Shown: piece after piece, positions 1 through 10,547 of the stretch
Numbering within the stretch: the first letter of the stretch is position 1
Layout: the number at the start of each line of letters is the position of its first letter
Assembly: GCA_016926975.1 (NCBI GenBank)
Contig: JAFGNP010000006.1
Location: 2,696 to 66,695 of the forward strand
Source: Coriobacteriia bacterium
Lineage (GTDB): Bacteria > Actinomycetota > Coriobacteriia > Anaerosomatales > Anaerosomataceae
Direction: 5' to 3'
Length of the DNA: 64,000 bases
Notes under the pieces: generated by a model
Told to the model about the DNA's origin: nothing
Database searches by the model: none
The model's input: only the letters and a program-made list of their open reading frames with translations
Position numbers and translations under genes: made by a program

Positions 1-74
1 TCATCCTCGCGATGGGCGCGGGCAAGCGTGCCGCTCGTTCGATAGACGAGTGGCTGGATGCGGGCTCTGAATAG
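1..74 (+). CDS. C-terminal fragment of a GltD-like FAD/NAD(P) oxidoreductase (partial, enters from left edge)
   Basis: Open frame 3..74 reads ILAMGAGKRAARSIDEWLDAGSE then TAG 72-74. The GKRAA.SID..L tail is typical of glutamate-synthase small-subunit-type oxidoreductases. The fragment is too short to say more. Confidence 0.35.
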   Translation, partial: ILAMGAGKRAARSIDEWLDAGSE

Positions 75-182
75 TCCAGGGTTTCCGATGTGCGGTACAA
101 TCTGCACTGAAGGCGCGATATTCGGCACGGTAGCCGGACAAATGGGGCGCGCTTGGGGTTCGATGGCTCCTCGGAGGTGACG

Positions 183-923
183 ATGTCCGATCCCATCAGG
201 GTGCTGGTCGTCGACGACGACGAGTCGATCGTAGAGATGATTCGCATGGGCCTCGAAGCCGAGGGCATGCAGGTCATATCCGCTTCAGACGGCTCCGAGG
301 CTTTGGATGCCCTTCACGCGCACCCTACCGACGTGGTGCTGCTGGACATCATGATGCCCAGGGTCGACGGTTGGATGGCTCTGATGGAGATCCGCAACGA
401 TCCCGTCACGGCGGACATCCCCGTGATCATGCTGACCGCCAAGACGCAGGACCTCGCGCGCATCCTGGCCTTCAAACAGGGCGTACAACAGTACATGACG
501 AAGCCCTTCAACCTCATGGAGCTCGTTGCGCGCATACAGAGCCTGATGCGCGGGCGTCCGCGCGCGGGCACGGTCACCGCAGCGGAAGGCGACTTCCACA
601 AGCTTGCCGTCCGCAAGGCCGGCAGGACCGTTCTGCTCGACCTCGATGAGGTCGTGTACATCTCGGCCAAGAACAAGTCGACCTACGTGCACACCTACGA
701 GAACCAGTACCTGGTTGACCTGACTCTGTCGGAGCTCGAGGAACGTCTCGGAGCCGACGCGTTCCGTCGCCTTCACCGAAGCTACATGATCAATCTCAAC
801 AAGGTGAAGGAGATCGTGCGTGCCGAGGGTGCGTACACGGTTGTGGCCGCGGATCGCGACGAAACGCAGATCCCGGTGGCACGCCGCCAGGTCAAGCTGT
901 TCCGCGAGGCGGTCGGAATCTAG
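183..923 (+). CDS. Response regulator, REC receiver + LytTR DNA-binding domain
   Basis: [29 protein letters not shown] is a receiver domain. The C-terminal half ([37 protein letters not shown]) is LytTR-like. ATG 183 is preferred over TTG 153. No histidine kinase is adjacent. Confidence 0.85.
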   Translation: MSDPIRVLVVDDDESIVEMIRMGLEAEGMQVISASDGSEALDALHAHPTDVVLLDIMMPRVDGWMALMEIRNDPVTADIPVIMLTAKTQDLARILAFKQGVQQYMTKPFNLMELVARIQSLMRGRPRAGTVTAAEGDFHKLAVRKAGRTVLLDLDEVVYISAKNKSTYVHTYENQYLVDLTLSELEERLGADAFRRLHRSYMINLNKVKEIVRAEGAYTVVAADRDETQIPVARRQVKLFREAVGI

Positions 924-2287
924 TTCCGCAGGCTGCCGAGAGGCGCGGGCACGCGCCCTCCCCGGTTCACGAACTTGGCGCTGCTCCACTTCGAGACGTC
1001 CATCACCGGAGCGGTGCCCAGCAGGCCACCCCAGCTCACCCGGTCGCCGGCTTTCTTGCCGAAGGCCGGGATCAGCCGTGCGGCCGTCGTTTTGCCGTTG
1101 ATGACGCCGATCGCGCATGCGTCCGCGATGATCCCGGCGATGGTCTCGGCGGGCGTGTCGCCGGGGATGGCAATCATGTCCAGGCCGACCGAGCACACGG
1201 CGGTCATCGCCTCGAGTTTCTCGAGGTTCAAGGCGCCGGATTCCACCGCGCGCACCATGCCCGCGTCTTCCGAGACGGGGATGAACGCGCCGGACAGGCC
1301 CCCTATGCTCGACGTACCCATCGCGCCGCCCTTCTTGACGGCGTCGTTCAGCAGCGCCAACGCGGTAGTGGTGCCGGGTGCGCCGCAGCGTTCTACGCCC
1401 ATGGCTTCGAGTATCTCGGCGACACTGTCGCCCTCGACGGGCGTGGGCGCGAGTGACAGGTCGACGATGCCCATCGACACTCCGAGGCGGCGGGCCGCCT
1501 CTCGCGCCACGAGCTCGCCCGCGCGCGTGATCTTGAAGGAGGTCGCCTTGATCGCCTCGGCCACGTCGGTCAGATCGGCATCTTCCGGCATCGCTGCGAT
1601 GACCGCACGCACTACGCCGGGGCCGGAGATGCCCACGTTCACAACGACGTCCGCTTCGCCCGCGCCGTGGACGGCTCCCGCCATGAAGGGGTTGTCCTCC
1701 ACCATGTTGGCGAAGACGACAAGCTTCGCGCAGCCGATGCTGTCGGCTTCGGCAGTTAGCCTCGCTGTCTCCTTCACCGAGTGCGCCATGCGCAAGACGG
1801 CGTCCATGTTGATGCCGGCGCGCGTGGAAGCGACGTTCACGGACGAGCAGACCCGGTTGGTGGCGGCCAGCGCGTTGGGGATTGAACGGATGAGGGCATC
1901 GTCGGCCCGACCGACGCCTTTGTGCACGAGTGCCGAGAAGCCGCCGATGAAGTCGATGCCGGCAGCCTCTGCGGCGCGGTCCATGGCCTGGGCGATAGGG
2001 GTTAGGTCATCGCAGGTGCAACGGCCGGCAACCGCCGCGACGGGGCTGACCGAGATGCGCTTGTTGCGGATCGGGATGCCGTACTCGCGCTCGATGGCCT
2101 CGCAGACGGGCACGAGCCGCTCCGCGGTGGCGGTGACCCTCTCGTAGAGGCGCTTGCCCATCTCATCGGCGGTGTCGGCGGCACAATCACCGATCGAGAT
2201 CCCGAGCGTGACGGTTCGGATGTCGAGGTGCTGCTGATGAACCATCAGCAGTGTCTCGGCGATCTCCTCCGGGCTGATGTGGAGCAT
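920..2287 (-). CDS. UPF0210 (DUF711, PFL-like) family protein
   Basis: 455 aa. The N-terminus [32 protein letters not shown] is characteristic of UPF0210. It sits immediately downstream of its usual ACT-domain partner. Confidence 0.8.
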   Translation of the reverse strand: MLHISPEEIAETLLMVHQQHLDIRTVTLGISIGDCAADTADEMGKRLYERVTATAERLVPVCEAIEREYGIPIRNKRISVSPVAAVAGRCTCDDLTPIAQAMDRAAEAAGIDFIGGFSALVHKGVGRADDALIRSIPNALAATNRVCSSVNVASTRAGINMDAVLRMAHSVKETARLTAEADSIGCAKLVVFANMVEDNPFMAGAVHGAGEADVVVNVGISGPGVVRAVIAAMPEDADLTDVAEAIKATSFKITRAGELVAREAARRLGVSMGIVDLSLAPTPVEGDSVAEILEAMGVERCGAPGTTTALALLNDAVKKGGAMGTSSIGGLSGAFIPVSEDAGMVRAVESGALNLEKLEAMTAVCSVGLDMIAIPGDTPAETIAGIIADACAIGVINGKTTAARLIPAFGKKAGDRVSWGGLLGTAPVMDVSKWSSAKFVNRGGRVPAPLGSLRN

Positions 2288-2302
2288 TCCGGTCCCCTTC
2301 CG

Positions 2303-2578
2303 CTACACGCGGTGCATGAAGCGGAAGACATCCTCCCGCTGGAGCGTTATCTGCATGCCGATGCGGTCGGCTACATCGGCGAGGTGCGCCTGCACTTCCT
2401 CGAACGGGTGCGTCTCCTCGTCGACGGTGACCAGCATGGTCATCGAGAAGATGCCGGAGATGATCGTCTGCCGGATGTCCTCGATGTTCACGCCGCTATC
2501 GGCAAGCGCGGTAGACACCGCTGCGACGATGCCGACGCGGTCCTCGCCGAGTACCGACAGGATCGCCCTGGTCTTCAT
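2303..2578 (-). CDS. ACT domain protein (UPF0237 family)
   Basis: MKTRAILSVLGEDRVGIVAAVSTALADSGVNIEDI is a typical ACT fold start. ATG 2576-2578 is preceded by AAGGAGGA. It is the conserved partner of UPF0210. Confidence 0.8.
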   Translation of the reverse strand: MKTRAILSVLGEDRVGIVAAVSTALADSGVNIEDIRQTIISGIFSMTMLVTVDEETHPFEEVQAHLADVADRIGMQITLQREDVFRFMHRV

Positions 2579-2644
2579 AGATCCTCCTTGAGGTTCCATT
2601 GCATCCACGCGGTATACTCTACCCGCCTTTCACCCCTGTGCGCG

Positions 2645-2866
2645 ATGGAGAGCCCGGTGGCGGTTCCGATCACACCCATCAAGATTGGTGACGTGGTGCG
2701 CCTCAAGAAGCCGCACCCCTGCGGAACCAACGAGTGGGAGGTCACCAAGCTCGGGATGGACATCGGCCTGAGGTGCACGGGATGTGACCGCAAGGTCCGC
2801 CTCGAACGCTACGAATTCGACCGCCGGTTTCGAGGGTTCGTCGGGCGTTCTGGAGGCGAAGACTAG
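2645..2866 (+). CDS. DUF951 family small protein
   Basis: 73 aa reading IKIGDVVRLKKPHPCGTNEWEVTKLGMDIGLRCTGCDRKVRLERYEF, the DUF951 signature. Only the 3' third of track ORF 2228..2866 is credible. Confidence 0.75.
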   Translation: MESPVAVPITPIKIGDVVRLKKPHPCGTNEWEVTKLGMDIGLRCTGCDRKVRLERYEFDRRFRGFVGRSGGED

Positions 2867-3699
2867 GATCCTCCCGTACCGGTCAGGTCGCCTTGCGCCT
2901 GGACCTGGTTGATCTGCATATGCACGTGGTCGCCGCCGTTGGTGGTATACCCGCTGAGTTGGATCTCGATCTTGTCGGACATCTTGCGCACGCTGCCGAT
3001 CTGGGTGACACCTCCCTTTACGCGGTCTCCGGTTGCGATCAGGACGTCCTGCACGTGGATGACGACCAGGTCCGCGTCCTCTCTCCCGTCGGGTCTGATG
3101 TGGATCTCTACGTCTTCGTACTTCTCGTACAGCATGTAGGGTCGGACCTGGGTGACGGTTCCGGTGACCGGAGACCATACCGGCGTACCGTAATCCGCAC
3201 CCATGTCGGCTGCGGTGTCCGGCACGCCGGTACGGTTGCTGCGCCAGAGGCGCAGGCAGACGCCGTGCCACACGCCGTCTGACGGATCCGGGTCCTCGCC
3301 TGCCGGGGGCACCGCCTTGAGTTGGTCGGCCAGCGCCATGTCCGCATCGGGCACGAGCGAGTCGATGTGCAGGGCAGCGGAGCCCGACGCCTGGTGGAAT
3401 GCTAGTGCAGTGAGTTGCTGCGGGTCTATCATCAGGTGCAGGGAGGTGGTGCCTTCCCGGGCGAACAGGGGCGTTGGATCGCGCTCATCAAGTACTACGG
3501 GCCCAGCTTCCGCGGGGGCCTGTGTTTCGACGGTGCCGCCCGCATCACCCAAGGTCAGCGTCCAGCCGATGACAGCCAGTCCGATGACGGCGACGATGAC
3601 CGTCATCACCGGGTGGGGTGAACGGCGTCGCTTGCAGTGCCTATGGGCATCCCGGACCTTCAGGCCTGTGTCGCCTCGGCGGGTGCGGTGAGTGGGCAT
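2863..3699 (-). CDS. Membrane-anchored M23/LytM-like peptidase domain protein
   Basis: One N-terminal TM (VMTVIVAVIGLAVIGWTL). The C-terminal GADYGTPVWSPVTGTV ... GGDHVHMQI resembles the M23 strand and HxH motif. Confidence 0.5.
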   Translation of the reverse strand: MPTHRTRRGDTGLKVRDAHRHCKRRRSPHPVMTVIVAVIGLAVIGWTLTLGDAGGTVETQAPAEAGPVVLDERDPTPLFAREGTTSLHLMIDPQQLTALAFHQASGSAALHIDSLVPDADMALADQLKAVPPAGEDPDPSDGVWHGVCLRLWRSNRTGVPDTAADMGADYGTPVWSPVTGTVTQVRPYMLYEKYEDVEIHIRPDGREDADLVVIHVQDVLIATGDRVKGGVTQIGSVRKMSDKIEIQLSGYTTNGGDHVHMQINQVQAQGDLTGTGGS

Positions 3700-3817
3700 G
3701 ATGCGGATCCCATCGCATGTCCAGATGGTTGGAGCAATCAGAGTCCTTGTGTACTATACTGTACGACTACATGAGCCGTCGCATGCGGTTTGAGAATGCT
3801 CTCTGGAGGACGCGACG

Positions 3818-4177
3818 GTGTCGGCAATGAGACCTGCAAGTTCTATCGGGCCAAGGGTAGGGGCGTGCGTGGAGAAACTCGAGAAGATACTACACGCCGA
3901 AGATGCGGCGCGTTCTGAGACGGAAGACGCCCGACGCGCGGCGGCGGCCGCGATCAGTGAAGCTCGTGCCAAGGCTGCCGAGGTGTTGCGCACAGGTCGC
4001 GAGAAGACGCGGGAACTGGCCTCGGCCAGGCGAGACGAACTGTCCGCCAAGGCGCGCGAAGAGGCAGTTACTCTGCAGGAGACTTCGAATCTGAACTCGC
4101 GTGGGGTGCTCGAGGAAGCTGATGCTCGCAGGGACGGCGCGCTCGTGGCCGTGATGCAGGTTCTGAAGGGGCGCTAG
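3818..4177 (+). CDS. A/V-type ATPase peripheral-stalk small subunit (G/H-like)
   Basis: 119-aa Ala/Glu/Arg-rich predicted coiled coil directly upstream of, and overlapping (TAGTG), subunit I. GTG start has GGAGGA 7 nt upstream. Confidence 0.55.
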   Translation: MSAMRPASSIGPRVGACVEKLEKILHAEDAARSETEDARRAAAAAISEARAKAAEVLRTGREKTRELASARRDELSAKAREEAVTLQETSNLNSRGVLEEADARRDGALVAVMQVLKGR

Positions 4178-6363
4178 TGGCTGTCGCACCGATGCTCAAG
4201 GTCACCGTGCTCGCCCATCAGTCGGTGATGGACGATCTTGTGGGCCGCATGCAGCGTGCCGGTGTGCTCGCTATCGACAGCGCGCCGGCCGAGTTGCCGG
4301 GCCTGGACAGCTCGTCGGACGAGGACCGCCTTCATCGGCTGGAGGAGTACCTGGCCGACGCCACGTTCGTGCGGGACTTCCTGGGGCGGTATCACGTCTC
4401 AGGACAGCCTTTCGGTGCGTTCGTCTCCGAGAAGATACATATCGATGTGGACGAGTTCCACTCGCTGTCGGCCGATGCCGCTATGCTCCAGCTCTATCGG
4501 GAGTGCGAGGAGATCTCCTCGCGTAGCGCGACGCTCCAGCGGGAGCGCACCCGCCTGCTGCATCTGGCGGAAGAGCTGCTGCCCTGGGAGAACCTGCATC
4601 TCCAGATCTCGCGCTGGCTCGGCACGGAGCACATGGTGCTCTTCACCGGTATAGTCCCGGCGTCCGATGGAGCGGCGATCCGGCAGGCGCTTCGCGAGAC
4701 CGCGAGCGACGTGACGGTCGAGGAGCTTCAGTCGGTGAACGGCCGTGCGGCTTGGGTGGTGATGGCTCACCGTGCTGTCGTCGATGCCGTGCGGGCCACA
4801 CTGGCACTCACCAACTTCCAGGAAGTCGGGTTCCCAGATCTCGAGGACTATCCGGCTGAGGAGCGTGCCGAAGCCCTGGAGCGAGCGGACGACATCGCCG
4901 AAGAGCTGGCGAGGCTGGACGAGGCTGCGCAGAATCTTGCAGCTGCGAACCACAGCCGGTGTGTGGCGGTAGTGGAAGCGGTCGCCTCCGAACTGGACTC
5001 CGTGATCGTGCGTGGGCAGTTCGGAGCGACAGAGCGCACATTCGCGATCGGCGGGTGGGTCCGTGCCTCACAGCGTGAAGAGCTGGAGGCGGTTCTGGAG
5101 CCGCTGGCCGACGAAGTCGACGTGAGCTTCGCCGAGCCTGCCGATGATGACAAGCCTCCTGTGGTCTTGGACAACCTCAGGATCATCAGGCCTTTCGAGA
5201 CGCTCACCGATCTGTACGGTCTGCCGAAGTACGGTGAAGTCGATCCGACACCACTGCTCGCCCCGTTCTTCCTGCTGTTCTTCTCACTGTGTATCTGCGA
5301 CGTCGGCTACGGTTTGATGCTCATAGCCGGTGCCTGGTACATCAAGAACAAGATCGACGTCGCCCCTGGAGTGAAGCGGTTCATGGATCTGCTGATGTAC
5401 GGTGGCGCGGGTGCCATGGTGGCTGGAGTGCTCTTCGGTTCGTACTTCGCGCTCGACTTCAAGATGGTCGCCGGAGCGCTGCCATTCCTCGAGCCCCTGC
5501 AGGTGATAGACCCGCTGATCGAGCTTCCCAAGTTCCTGATCTTCACCATTGTCCTCGGAGTGATCCAGGTCTTCTTCGGAATTCTGATATCGGCCTGGGA
5601 CCTAGCACGTCATGGCGACAGGCGTGCGGCGTTCTTCGATCAGTTCTCCACGATCCTGATGTTCGCCAGCATCGGGGTGGCAGCTGCCGTCCCGGCGCTC
5701 ACCATGCCCGCCATAGTGCTCGGAGTGGGCGTGACGGCGGTATTCAAAGGGCGTGCGATCGAGGCAGCGCTGGGGCGCAAGGAGTCGCCGGGTTGGGATC
5801 GCGCGCTGGGAATCTCCTGGCTGGTCGCGGTTTTGGTGACGCTGGTGACATGGGCCACAGGTTTGTCGCTGCCTGTCGGATGGGTACTTCTGGGCCTGAC
5901 GCTAGTCGGTCTCGCGGCTTCGAAGACCGTCCGGCGCTCCGTTGTCGCGCTTCTCGGCGGCATGTACGCCGTCTACAGCATGACTTCGTTCATCGGGGAC
6001 ATCCTTTCCTACACTCGCCTTGCAGCCCTCGGTCTCTCGGGGATGTTGGTGGGCATGGTCTTCAACACGCTGGCGGGACTCGTGATGGGAGGCGCAGGGG
6101 GGTTGTTCGCAAGTGGCGGCTTGTCCGTCGTCGGCGGCATCGTGGTAGTGCTGCTTGGGTCTTTGGTGTTCGCCGTCGGCCACACGTTCAACGTGGTGAT
6201 AAGCCTGCTCGGCGCGTTCGTGCATCCCGCGCGCCTGCAGTTCGTCGAGTTCTTCAGCAAGTTCTACGAGGGCGGCGGCCGACCGTTCAAGCCGTTCGCG
6301 CATCGGACCAAATCACTTGTGCTGCATGCCGGCGGAGCCCGGCAGGAAGGAGCGGGATCGTGA
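4177..6363 (+). CDS. atpI: A/V-type ATP synthase subunit I (membrane a-subunit homologue)
   Basis: 728 aa with a soluble N-terminal half and a polytopic C-terminal half ending in the SYTRLAALGLS..HP.RL.FVEFF motif typical of subunit I. Confidence 0.9.
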   Translation: MAVAPMLKVTVLAHQSVMDDLVGRMQRAGVLAIDSAPAELPGLDSSSDEDRLHRLEEYLADATFVRDFLGRYHVSGQPFGAFVSEKIHIDVDEFHSLSADAAMLQLYRECEEISSRSATLQRERTRLLHLAEELLPWENLHLQISRWLGTEHMVLFTGIVPASDGAAIRQALRETASDVTVEELQSVNGRAAWVVMAHRAVVDAVRATLALTNFQEVGFPDLEDYPAEERAEALERADDIAEELARLDEAAQNLAAANHSRCVAVVEAVASELDSVIVRGQFGATERTFAIGGWVRASQREELEAVLEPLADEVDVSFAEPADDDKPPVVLDNLRIIRPFETLTDLYGLPKYGEVDPTPLLAPFFLLFFSLCICDVGYGLMLIAGAWYIKNKIDVAPGVKRFMDLLMYGGAGAMVAGVLFGSYFALDFKMVAGALPFLEPLQVIDPLIELPKFLIFTIVLGVIQVFFGILISAWDLARHGDRRAAFFDQFSTILMFASIGVAAAVPALTMPAIVLGVGVTAVFKGRAIEAALGRKESPGWDRALGISWLVAVLVTLVTWATGLSLPVGWVLLGLTLVGLAASKTVRRSVVALLGGMYAVYSMTSFIGDILSYTRLAALGLSGMLVGMVFNTLAGLVMGGAGGLFASGGLSVVGGIVVVLLGSLVFAVGHTFNVVISLLGAFVHPARLQFVEFFSKFYEGGGRPFKPFAHRTKSLVLHAGGARQEGAGS

Positions 6364-6857
6364 CCGACGCATTCTGGGGTCTTAGCGGTGTGGATTGGGC
6401 GTTGTTGGGGGGTGCCGCAGCGGCGATCCTGGGCGGCATCGGGTCGGCCATCGGAATCACCATCGCAAGCGCGGTGGTCTCCGGGATAGTCACCGAGGAC
6501 GGGGAGAAGTTCGGCAAGCTACTGCCTCTGGCAGCGATGCCCAGCACGCAGGGCATCTACGGCTTCATCTCGGCGATACTGGTTCTCGTATTCTTCGGCA
6601 TCTTCAACGGGGACGTGTCGCTGGAAGGGGCCGTCGGCTTCAAGGTCTTCCTCGCATGTCAGCCGGTGGCCTGGCTGTGCCTGGTCTCCGCCATCTATCA
6701 AGGCAAGACCGGAGCGTCCGCGGCGGGCATCGTCGCACGCCGTGGTGAGGATTCGGGTAAGGCACTCATCTTCCCCGCGCTGGTCGAGACTTACGCCGTG
6801 CTGTCTCTCATCGTCACCGTTCTGATGATGCTGAGCCTGCAGGGCGCCTACATGTAG
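6360..6857 (+). CDS. atpK: A/V-type ATP synthase proteolipid subunit K
   Basis: GTG 6360 overlaps the subunit I stop (GTGA). 165 aa, a double-hairpin Gly/Ala-rich proteolipid (GGIGSAIGI...PALVETYAVLSLIV). It is hidden in the 3' end of spurious track ORF 5289..6857. Confidence 0.85.
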   Translation: MTDAFWGLSGVDWALLGGAAAAILGGIGSAIGITIASAVVSGIVTEDGEKFGKLLPLAAMPSTQGIYGFISAILVLVFFGIFNGDVSLEGAVGFKVFLACQPVAWLCLVSAIYQGKTGASAAGIVARRGEDSGKALIFPALVETYAVLSLIVTVLMMLSLQGAYM

Positions 6858-6866
6858 GGGACTGAC

Positions 6867-7448
6867 GTGGCGATTACCGACATCCTGACCCGCATCTCGA
6901 GAGACTCCGCCGCCGAGGCTGCTGAAATTCTCGCCGAGGCTACGGCCGAAGCGGCTCGCATAGTGGCCGCAGCCGAATCGAAGGTGGCTACCGAGCGCAA
7001 GGTAGCGCTCGATGTTGCCGAGCGTGCCGGTGAAGACGAAGCTGCGACTCTCATCGCCGGTGCGCGGCTGGTCGCGCGCGACGGGCTGCTGTCCGGGAAG
7101 CGGGTGATGGCCGAGCAAGTGCTCGAGCGCGCGCGCGAGGCACTCGAGTCACTCCCGGACGACGAGTACCGTGAATTCATCGCCGCCGAAGTAGCGCAGG
7201 CGGCTGTAGGCGGGGAGGACCTGCTCGTGTCCTCGGCCGATTCCCGTCGCCTGAAAGGACTGGCCGAACGCCTTTCCGCGCTCGGTGTGGATGTGTCGGC
7301 GACCGGTGATCCTGCACCGATCGACCGAGGCGTGCTGCTGACCGGTGACCGGGTGCGTGTTGAGATCTCGCCGGCTACAGTGATCGCCGACCGGCGGGAC
7401 GAGCTGCTGTCAGTAGCCGCCCGCGAGCTGTTCGGCGAGAAGGAGTAG
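6867..7448 (+). CDS. atpE: A/V-type ATP synthase subunit E
   Basis: 193 aa with an N-terminal long helix (ILAEATAEAARIVAAAESK) plus a globular C-terminus. Operon position between K and C. Confidence 0.8.
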   Translation: MAITDILTRISRDSAAEAAEILAEATAEAARIVAAAESKVATERKVALDVAERAGEDEAATLIAGARLVARDGLLSGKRVMAEQVLERAREALESLPDDEYREFIAAEVAQAAVGGEDLLVSSADSRRLKGLAERLSALGVDVSATGDPAPIDRGVLLTGDRVRVEISPATVIADRRDELLSVAARELFGEKE

Positions 7449-7455
7449 AAACGCT

Positions 7456-8448
7456 TTGGCGACTACCACCCGCATACGCGATGATCTGCGCTACGGCTAC
7501 GCCGTAGGCCGGGTGCGCGTGCTCAGCGGTCGTCTGCTTTCGGGCGTGACGTTCGAGCGTCTTCTCGATGCCCCCGACCTGTGCGAGCAGAAGCGGATCC
7601 TCGCGGAGACTCACGTCGGGCGCTATCTGGAGCACGCCGAGACCGCTGCCGAGGTGGAGAGGGCGCTCGACGCTTCGCTCGCCGATCTCTACGACGAGTT
7701 CCTGGAGCGGGCCGAGTTGCCCGCTGCAGTCGTGAAGTACTTCCAGGCGCCACACGACTTCGCGAACCTGCGGCTGACCGTCAAGTCGCGAGTCCTCGGC
7801 GTGCCTGTCGACGAGCCGCTCTCCCCACTCGGCTCCATACCTCCTGAGGACTTCGCCGGGGAAGGGACAGCCCTACCGGCGTCCATGAGGGAACTGCTCA
7901 CCACATGGGACGAGGCAGCGGAGACCCCGGACCTCGATGAGGTTGAGACGCTGGTCGACAGGGAGATGTTCTCGGCTCTGGATGCGGCGGCACGCGCAAG
8001 CAAGGTGCGCTTTCTGCGGGAGCTCACAAAGCTGCGAATAGACCTTGCCAACGCGCGCCTGCTCGTCCGCTCGCGGACCAAGGGACTGCCGCCAGCCGAG
8101 ATAACCGCACGCTTCGTGCCGGGCGGGTCCCAGTCGCTGAAGGCGCTTGTTCTTGCTGCTCCGCGGATGAGCGCTTCAGACTTGAGCGAGGCGATAGCGG
8201 CCACCCGCGCACTCGGCACGATGTCCGAGGCGGACCTCACGGATATCGAGCGGTTCGACGCCAGCGCCGACTCGCTCATCGCACAGCGCATGCTTTCGGC
8301 CCGCAGGTCACCGGGGGGCGCCGAGCCGGTTCTTGCGTACGTGCTCGGCCGCGAGGCGGAGGCTATGCTCCTGCGAACCGTGATGGTGGGCAGACTGGCA
8401 GGACTGGATCGCGAGCACGTGCGCGCGAGCTTAAGGGAGCGCATCTGA
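7456..8448 (+). CDS. atpC: A/V-type ATP synthase subunit C (d-like)
   Basis: 330 aa. The YGYAVGRVRVL start resembles the Y.Y.NARVRAM start of subunit C. TTG start. Operon position. Confidence 0.8.
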   Translation: MATTTRIRDDLRYGYAVGRVRVLSGRLLSGVTFERLLDAPDLCEQKRILAETHVGRYLEHAETAAEVERALDASLADLYDEFLERAELPAAVVKYFQAPHDFANLRLTVKSRVLGVPVDEPLSPLGSIPPEDFAGEGTALPASMRELLTTWDEAAETPDLDEVETLVDREMFSALDAAARASKVRFLRELTKLRIDLANARLLVRSRTKGLPPAEITARFVPGGSQSLKALVLAAPRMSASDLSEAIAATRALGTMSEADLTDIERFDASADSLIAQRMLSARRSPGGAEPVLAYVLGREAEAMLLRTVMVGRLAGLDREHVRASLRERI

Positions 8449-8780
8449 TGGCCGCTCACAACGTCGCCGTGATGGGGGAGTCCACGAGTGTCGCGGGCTT
8501 CCGGCCACTCGGCTTCGTAGTCTTCGCCGTCGATAAGCCCGAGGACGTCCGTAGCCGATGGAGCGAGATCGTGCAGGGCGGCTACGGGGTCGTGTTCGTA
8601 ACCGAGCCGGTTTATGCGGCGATAGACGATCTGGTGGCCGAGGTCGCCGACAGACCAGTGCCGGCCGTGACTGTGATTCCCGCTGCCGGATCCGCCGGCG
8701 GCGTTGGCGCCGCGAAGCTCGATCGTGCGATCGAGCGGGCGCTGGGCACTTCGGTGCCCTATCGAGAAGAGGAAGAGTAG
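8448..8780 (+). CDS. atpF: A/V-type ATP synthase subunit F
   Basis: 110 aa (VAVMGESTSVAGFRPLGF..VVFVTE). ATGA-type overlap with subunit C. Confidence 0.8.
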   Translation: MAAHNVAVMGESTSVAGFRPLGFVVFAVDKPEDVRSRWSEIVQGGYGVVFVTEPVYAAIDDLVAEVADRPVPAVTVIPAAGSAGGVGAAKLDRAIERALGTSVPYREEEE

Positions 8781-10547
8781 ATGGAGCGAGGCACTATCGT
8801 CAAAGTCGCCGGCCCGCTTGTGGTAGCTGAGGGCCTGGCCGAATCGAAGATGTTCGACCTAGTCCGAGTGGGCGAACAGGGCCTGATGGGCGAGATCATC
8901 GAGATGCGGGGCGACCGCGCGTCGATTCAGGTGTACGAGGAGACCGAGGGTCTCGGCCCAGGGGATCCGGTCGAGGGCACCGGTGCGCCGCTGTCGGTGG
9001 AACTCGGCCCGGGCATGCTGGGCGCGGTTTACGACGGAGTGCAGCGTCCGCTCGACGCGCTGGAGAGGATCGCGGGGTCGTTCCTGTCCCGGGGTATCTC
9101 GGCGCCGGGTCTGGATCGCGAGAAGCGCTGGGAGTTTGTGCCGGTGGTCGAGACCGGCGCGCAGGTGGTAGGCGGCGACTTCATCGGCAAGGTGCAGGAG
9201 AACGAGGTCATCGAGCACCGCGTCATGGTGCCGCCGAACCTTCAGGGCGAGATCGTCTCCATCTCGGGCGGAGAGTACACGGTTACCGACACGGTCGCGA
9301 AGCTGAAGGCAGCCGACGGCACGACGCACAATCTCGTGATGATGCAGACTTGGCCGGTCCGCATCCCGCGACCCTACGCGCGCAAGGTCTCTGCCGAGGA
9401 GCCGCTGGTCACCGGGACGCGCGTCATCGACACGTTCTTCCCGCTCGTGAAGGGCGGCGTGGCCTGCATCCCGGGACCGTTCGGCGCCGGCAAGACGGTC
9501 ACGCAGCATCAGGTGGCGAAGTGGTCCAACGCTCAAGTGGTCATCTTCATCGGCTGCGGCGAGCGGGGCAACGAGATGACCGACGTGCTGATGGAGTTCC
9601 CCGAGCTTACCGACCCGTACTCGGGCGAGCCGCTGATGAAGCGCACGGTGCTCGTGGCCAACACCTCGAACATGCCGGTCGCGGCCCGTGAAGCGAGCGT
9701 GTACACGGGTATCACGATGGCCGAGTACTTCCGCGACATGGGCTACGAAGTAGTTCTTCAGGCCGACTCCACCAGCCGCTGGGCCGAAGCGATGCGCGAG
9801 ATCTCCGGGCGGTTGGAAGAGATGCCGGGCGAAGAGGGCTTCCCTGCGTACCTCGGCACGAAGCTCGCGGCGTTCTACGAGCGGGCCGGAAAGGTCGAGA
9901 CGCTGACTTCGGGCGAGCCCCGCACGGGCAGCGTATCGGTCGTGGGATCGGTATCCCCTCCCGGCGGAGACCTGTCGGAGCCGGTCGTCCAGAACACGCT
10001 TCGCGTGGTGAAGGTCTTCTGGGCCCTTCAGGACACCCTGGCCTACGAGCGCCACTTCCCGGCCATCGACTGGCTTACCAGCTACTCGCTGTATCTCGAG
10101 AAGCTTCGCCCGCATTGGGACGAGGAAGTGTCTCGCGAGTACCGCTCAAGGCGAGACGAGTGTATGGCGATCCTCCAGCGTGAGAGCAACTTGGCCGAGA
10201 TCGTGCGGCTGGTCGGCCTCGAGGCGCTCAGCCAGGAGGAGCAGATCCTGATGGAGACCGCCAAATCGATCCGTGAGGACTTTCTCCAGCAGAACGCGTT
10301 CCGAGATGATGACCAGTTCACCAGCTTGAAGAAGCAGGACCTGCTGCTGCAGACCATCCTGCTATTCCACGAGAAGGCCTTGTCGGCACAGAAGCACGGC
10401 GCGCCGCTCAAGGGCATATTCACCGCCCCGGTGCGGGAGCGCATCGCGCGCGCGAAGTATCTGACCGAGGATGAGCTGGCGGTCTTCGACGAGATTGCCT
10501 CGGATATCGAGACGCAGCTGGTCGGAGAAGGCGAGGGGGAGGCATAG
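8781..10547 (+). CDS. atpA: A/V-type ATP synthase catalytic subunit A
   Basis: 588 aa with Walker [10 protein letters not shown], the non-homologous insert typical of A subunits, and [10 protein letters not shown]. Confidence 0.95.
   Translation: MERGTIVKVAGPLVVAEGLAESKMFDLVRVGEQGLMGEIIEMRGDRASIQVYEETEGLGPGDPVEGTGAPLSVELGPGMLGAVYDGVQRPLDALERIAGSFLSRGISAPGLDREKRWEFVPVVETGAQVVGGDFIGKVQENEVIEHRVMVPPNLQGEIVSISGGEYTVTDTVAKLKAADGTTHNLVMMQTWPVRIPRPYARKVSAEEPLVTGTRVIDTFFPLVKGGVACIPGPFGAGKTVTQHQVAKWSNAQVVIFIGCGERGNEMTDVLMEFPELTDPYSGEPLMKRTVLVANTSNMPVAAREASVYTGITMAEYFRDMGYEVVLQADSTSRWAEAMREISGRLEEMPGEEGFPAYLGTKLAAFYERAGKVETLTSGEPRTGSVSVVGSVSPPGGDLSEPVVQNTLRVVKVFWALQDTLAYERHFPAIDWLTSYSLYLEKLRPHWDEEVSREYRSRRDECMAILQRESNLAEIVRLVGLEALSQEEQILMETAKSIREDFLQQNAFRDDDQFTSLKKQDLLLQTILLFHEKALSAQKHGAPLKGIFTAPVRERIARAKYLTEDELAVFDEIASDIETQLVGEGEGEA

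Noticed and set aside
285-1196. Long antisense or out-of-frame ORFs throughout the window. Examples: 285..1196 (-), 975..2147 (+), 8859..10115 (-), 10362..11834 (-), 12013..12855 (-), 25016..26188 (-), 25894..27834 (-), 33591..34790 (-), 35956..37086 (-), 38295..39584 (-), 53704..55329 (-), 55822..56997 (-).
   Set aside because: They overlap confidently recognised genes on the other strand or frame. They are Arg/Pro/Gly/Ala-rich with no motifs or ribosome-binding sites. These are the usual shadow ORFs of high-GC DNA.
3729-3760. A promoter upstream of the ATPase operon (TATACT at 3755-3760).
   Set aside because: The -10-like hexamer is good, but no acceptable -35 lies at 16-18 nt (TTGGAG is 20 nt away). 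This is too weak to report as a feature.
5289-6857. 522-aa track ORF overlapping the 3' half of the subunit I gene.
   Set aside because: Only its last 165 codons (from GTG 6360) make a proteolipid. The upstream 350 codons are Arg-rich out-of-frame readthrough of atpI.
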